DNA from: a virus
Lineage: Duplodnaviria > Caudoviricetes
Length of the DNA stretch: 37,025 nt
IMG/VR virus record: IMGVR_UViG_3300030207_001251
Location: 1 to 37,025 of that record
Direction: 5' to 3' (one strand)
Each line of letters opens with the position of its first letter. Within the stretch, counting starts at the first letter, position 1. A program made the translations under genes and the position numbers. Below, piece after piece: positions 36,232 to 37,025 of this stretch. The notes under the pieces are model-generated. The model was not told where the DNA came from and made no database searches. It was given only the letters and a program-made list of their open reading frames with translations.

Positions 36232-37025
36232 ATGATACATGAACAACGTGATGCCCTATTCAGTGCCATAGGTTACACACCTACGGCTGCACAGCTTGAT
36301 ATTCTCAATGATGATGCTAGATTCAAACTGGTTGCCGGTGGCGTGAGAGCAGGTAAGTCCAATCTTGGTGCTATGTATATGTTTGAGAAGATAATGTCCA
36401 AGATTGTAGAAGACCCTGATGCTGCTTCGGGCAGTGTCTATTGGCTAGTAGCTGCTGATTACGAAAGAACTAGGGGTGAGTTTGACTATCTTGGAGATGC
36501 CTTCAACAGGCTAGGTGTAATTAAACGTGCCACGAGGCAGGTTGACCCCGGATACATCGAGGTGTCCGTTGGTTCTAAGAACCTAAAACCGTTGGTAATC
36601 AAGACTAAATCTGCGACTGACTACAGAAAACTTGCGATGGAAGCCCCGATGGGCATCGTTGCTTGTGAGGCTTCGCAGTTAGACCAAGAAAGTTATTGGC
36701 GATTGATGGAGAGAGTGGCAGAAAAGCGTGGTTGGGTATTCCTAGAAGGTACTTTTGAAGGTAGTCTAGGATGGTACCCCCAACAATTTACGTCATGGCA
36801 ATCACCGGGTATCCAAAATTTAGAGAGTGCAAAAAGTTTTTCACTACCTACATGGACTAATACGCATATATTTCCGTTGGGAGAGCACGACCCTGAAATA
36901 GAAAAGATGAGAAATGAGCATTCCGAGGAGTGGTTTAATGAACGTGTCGCCGGAATCCCGAGTCCTCCGAGTGGATTGGTGCATCCGTCATTCAATGTAA
37001 ACGTTCATGTGAGAGAAGTTGAGTA
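36232..37025 (+). CDS. terL: Terminase large subunit, N-terminal ATPase part (joins 2-715; about 469 aa in total; missed by ORF track)
   Basis: MIHEQRDALFSAIGYTPTAAQ (Q motif), Walker A AGGVRAGKS, YWLVA, Walker B region GIVACEA; open to the window end. Confidence 0.9.
   Translation, partial: MIHEQRDALFSAIGYTPTAAQLDILNDDARFKLVAGGVRAGKSNLGAMYMFEKIMSKIVEDPDAASGSVYWLVAADYERTRGEFDYLGDAFNRLGVIKRATRQVDPGYIEVSVGSKNLKPLVIKTKSATDYRKLAMEAPMGIVACEASQLDQESYWRLMERVAEKRGWVFLEGTFEGSLGWYPQQFTSWQSPGIQNLESAKSFSLPTWTNTHIFPLGEHDPEIEKMRNEHSEEWFNERVAGIPSPPSGLVHPSFNVNVHVREVE
36928..37025. repeat. Terminal direct repeat, copy 2
   Basis: Identical to 2-99. Confidence 0.95.

Noticed and set aside
35929-36246. ORFs 36032-36235 (+) and 35929-36246 (-)
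   Set aside because: They arise from the low-complexity G/T tract; no RBS and implausible composition.

Overview
A complete, circularly permuted dsDNA tailed-phage genome of about 36.9 kb (bases 2-99 recur at 36928-37025; the large terminase gene spans the junction). The + strand carries terS-like, terL, portal, putative internal virion proteins, scaffold, major capsid, podovirus-like tail genes and a cluster of tiny Lys/Arg-rich ORFs. The - strand carries an early/replication arm (initiator with iterons, DnaC-like loader, several PD-(D/E)XK nucleases, GHKL ATPase, DUF932-like protein, many small ORFs) downstream of a sigma70-like promoter at about 35221-35250. The standout feature is on the - strand. 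A ~700-nt structured non-coding leader ends in a hammerhead-ribozyme-like core (UUACUAG-CUGAUGA ... GAAA-CGAUAG) whose two arms are complementary to a motif, CGU[U/C/A]^UUAGUA[A/G], found 13 times, each time between a gene end (usually a 3' hairpin) and the RBS of the next early gene. The one freely varying base follows the hammerhead NUH rule. This suggests one ribozyme that cuts the polycistronic early transcript at many sites into separate mRNAs. Main caveat: I could not draw a canonical stem II. All protein calls are from motif recognition and synteny, not database searches.
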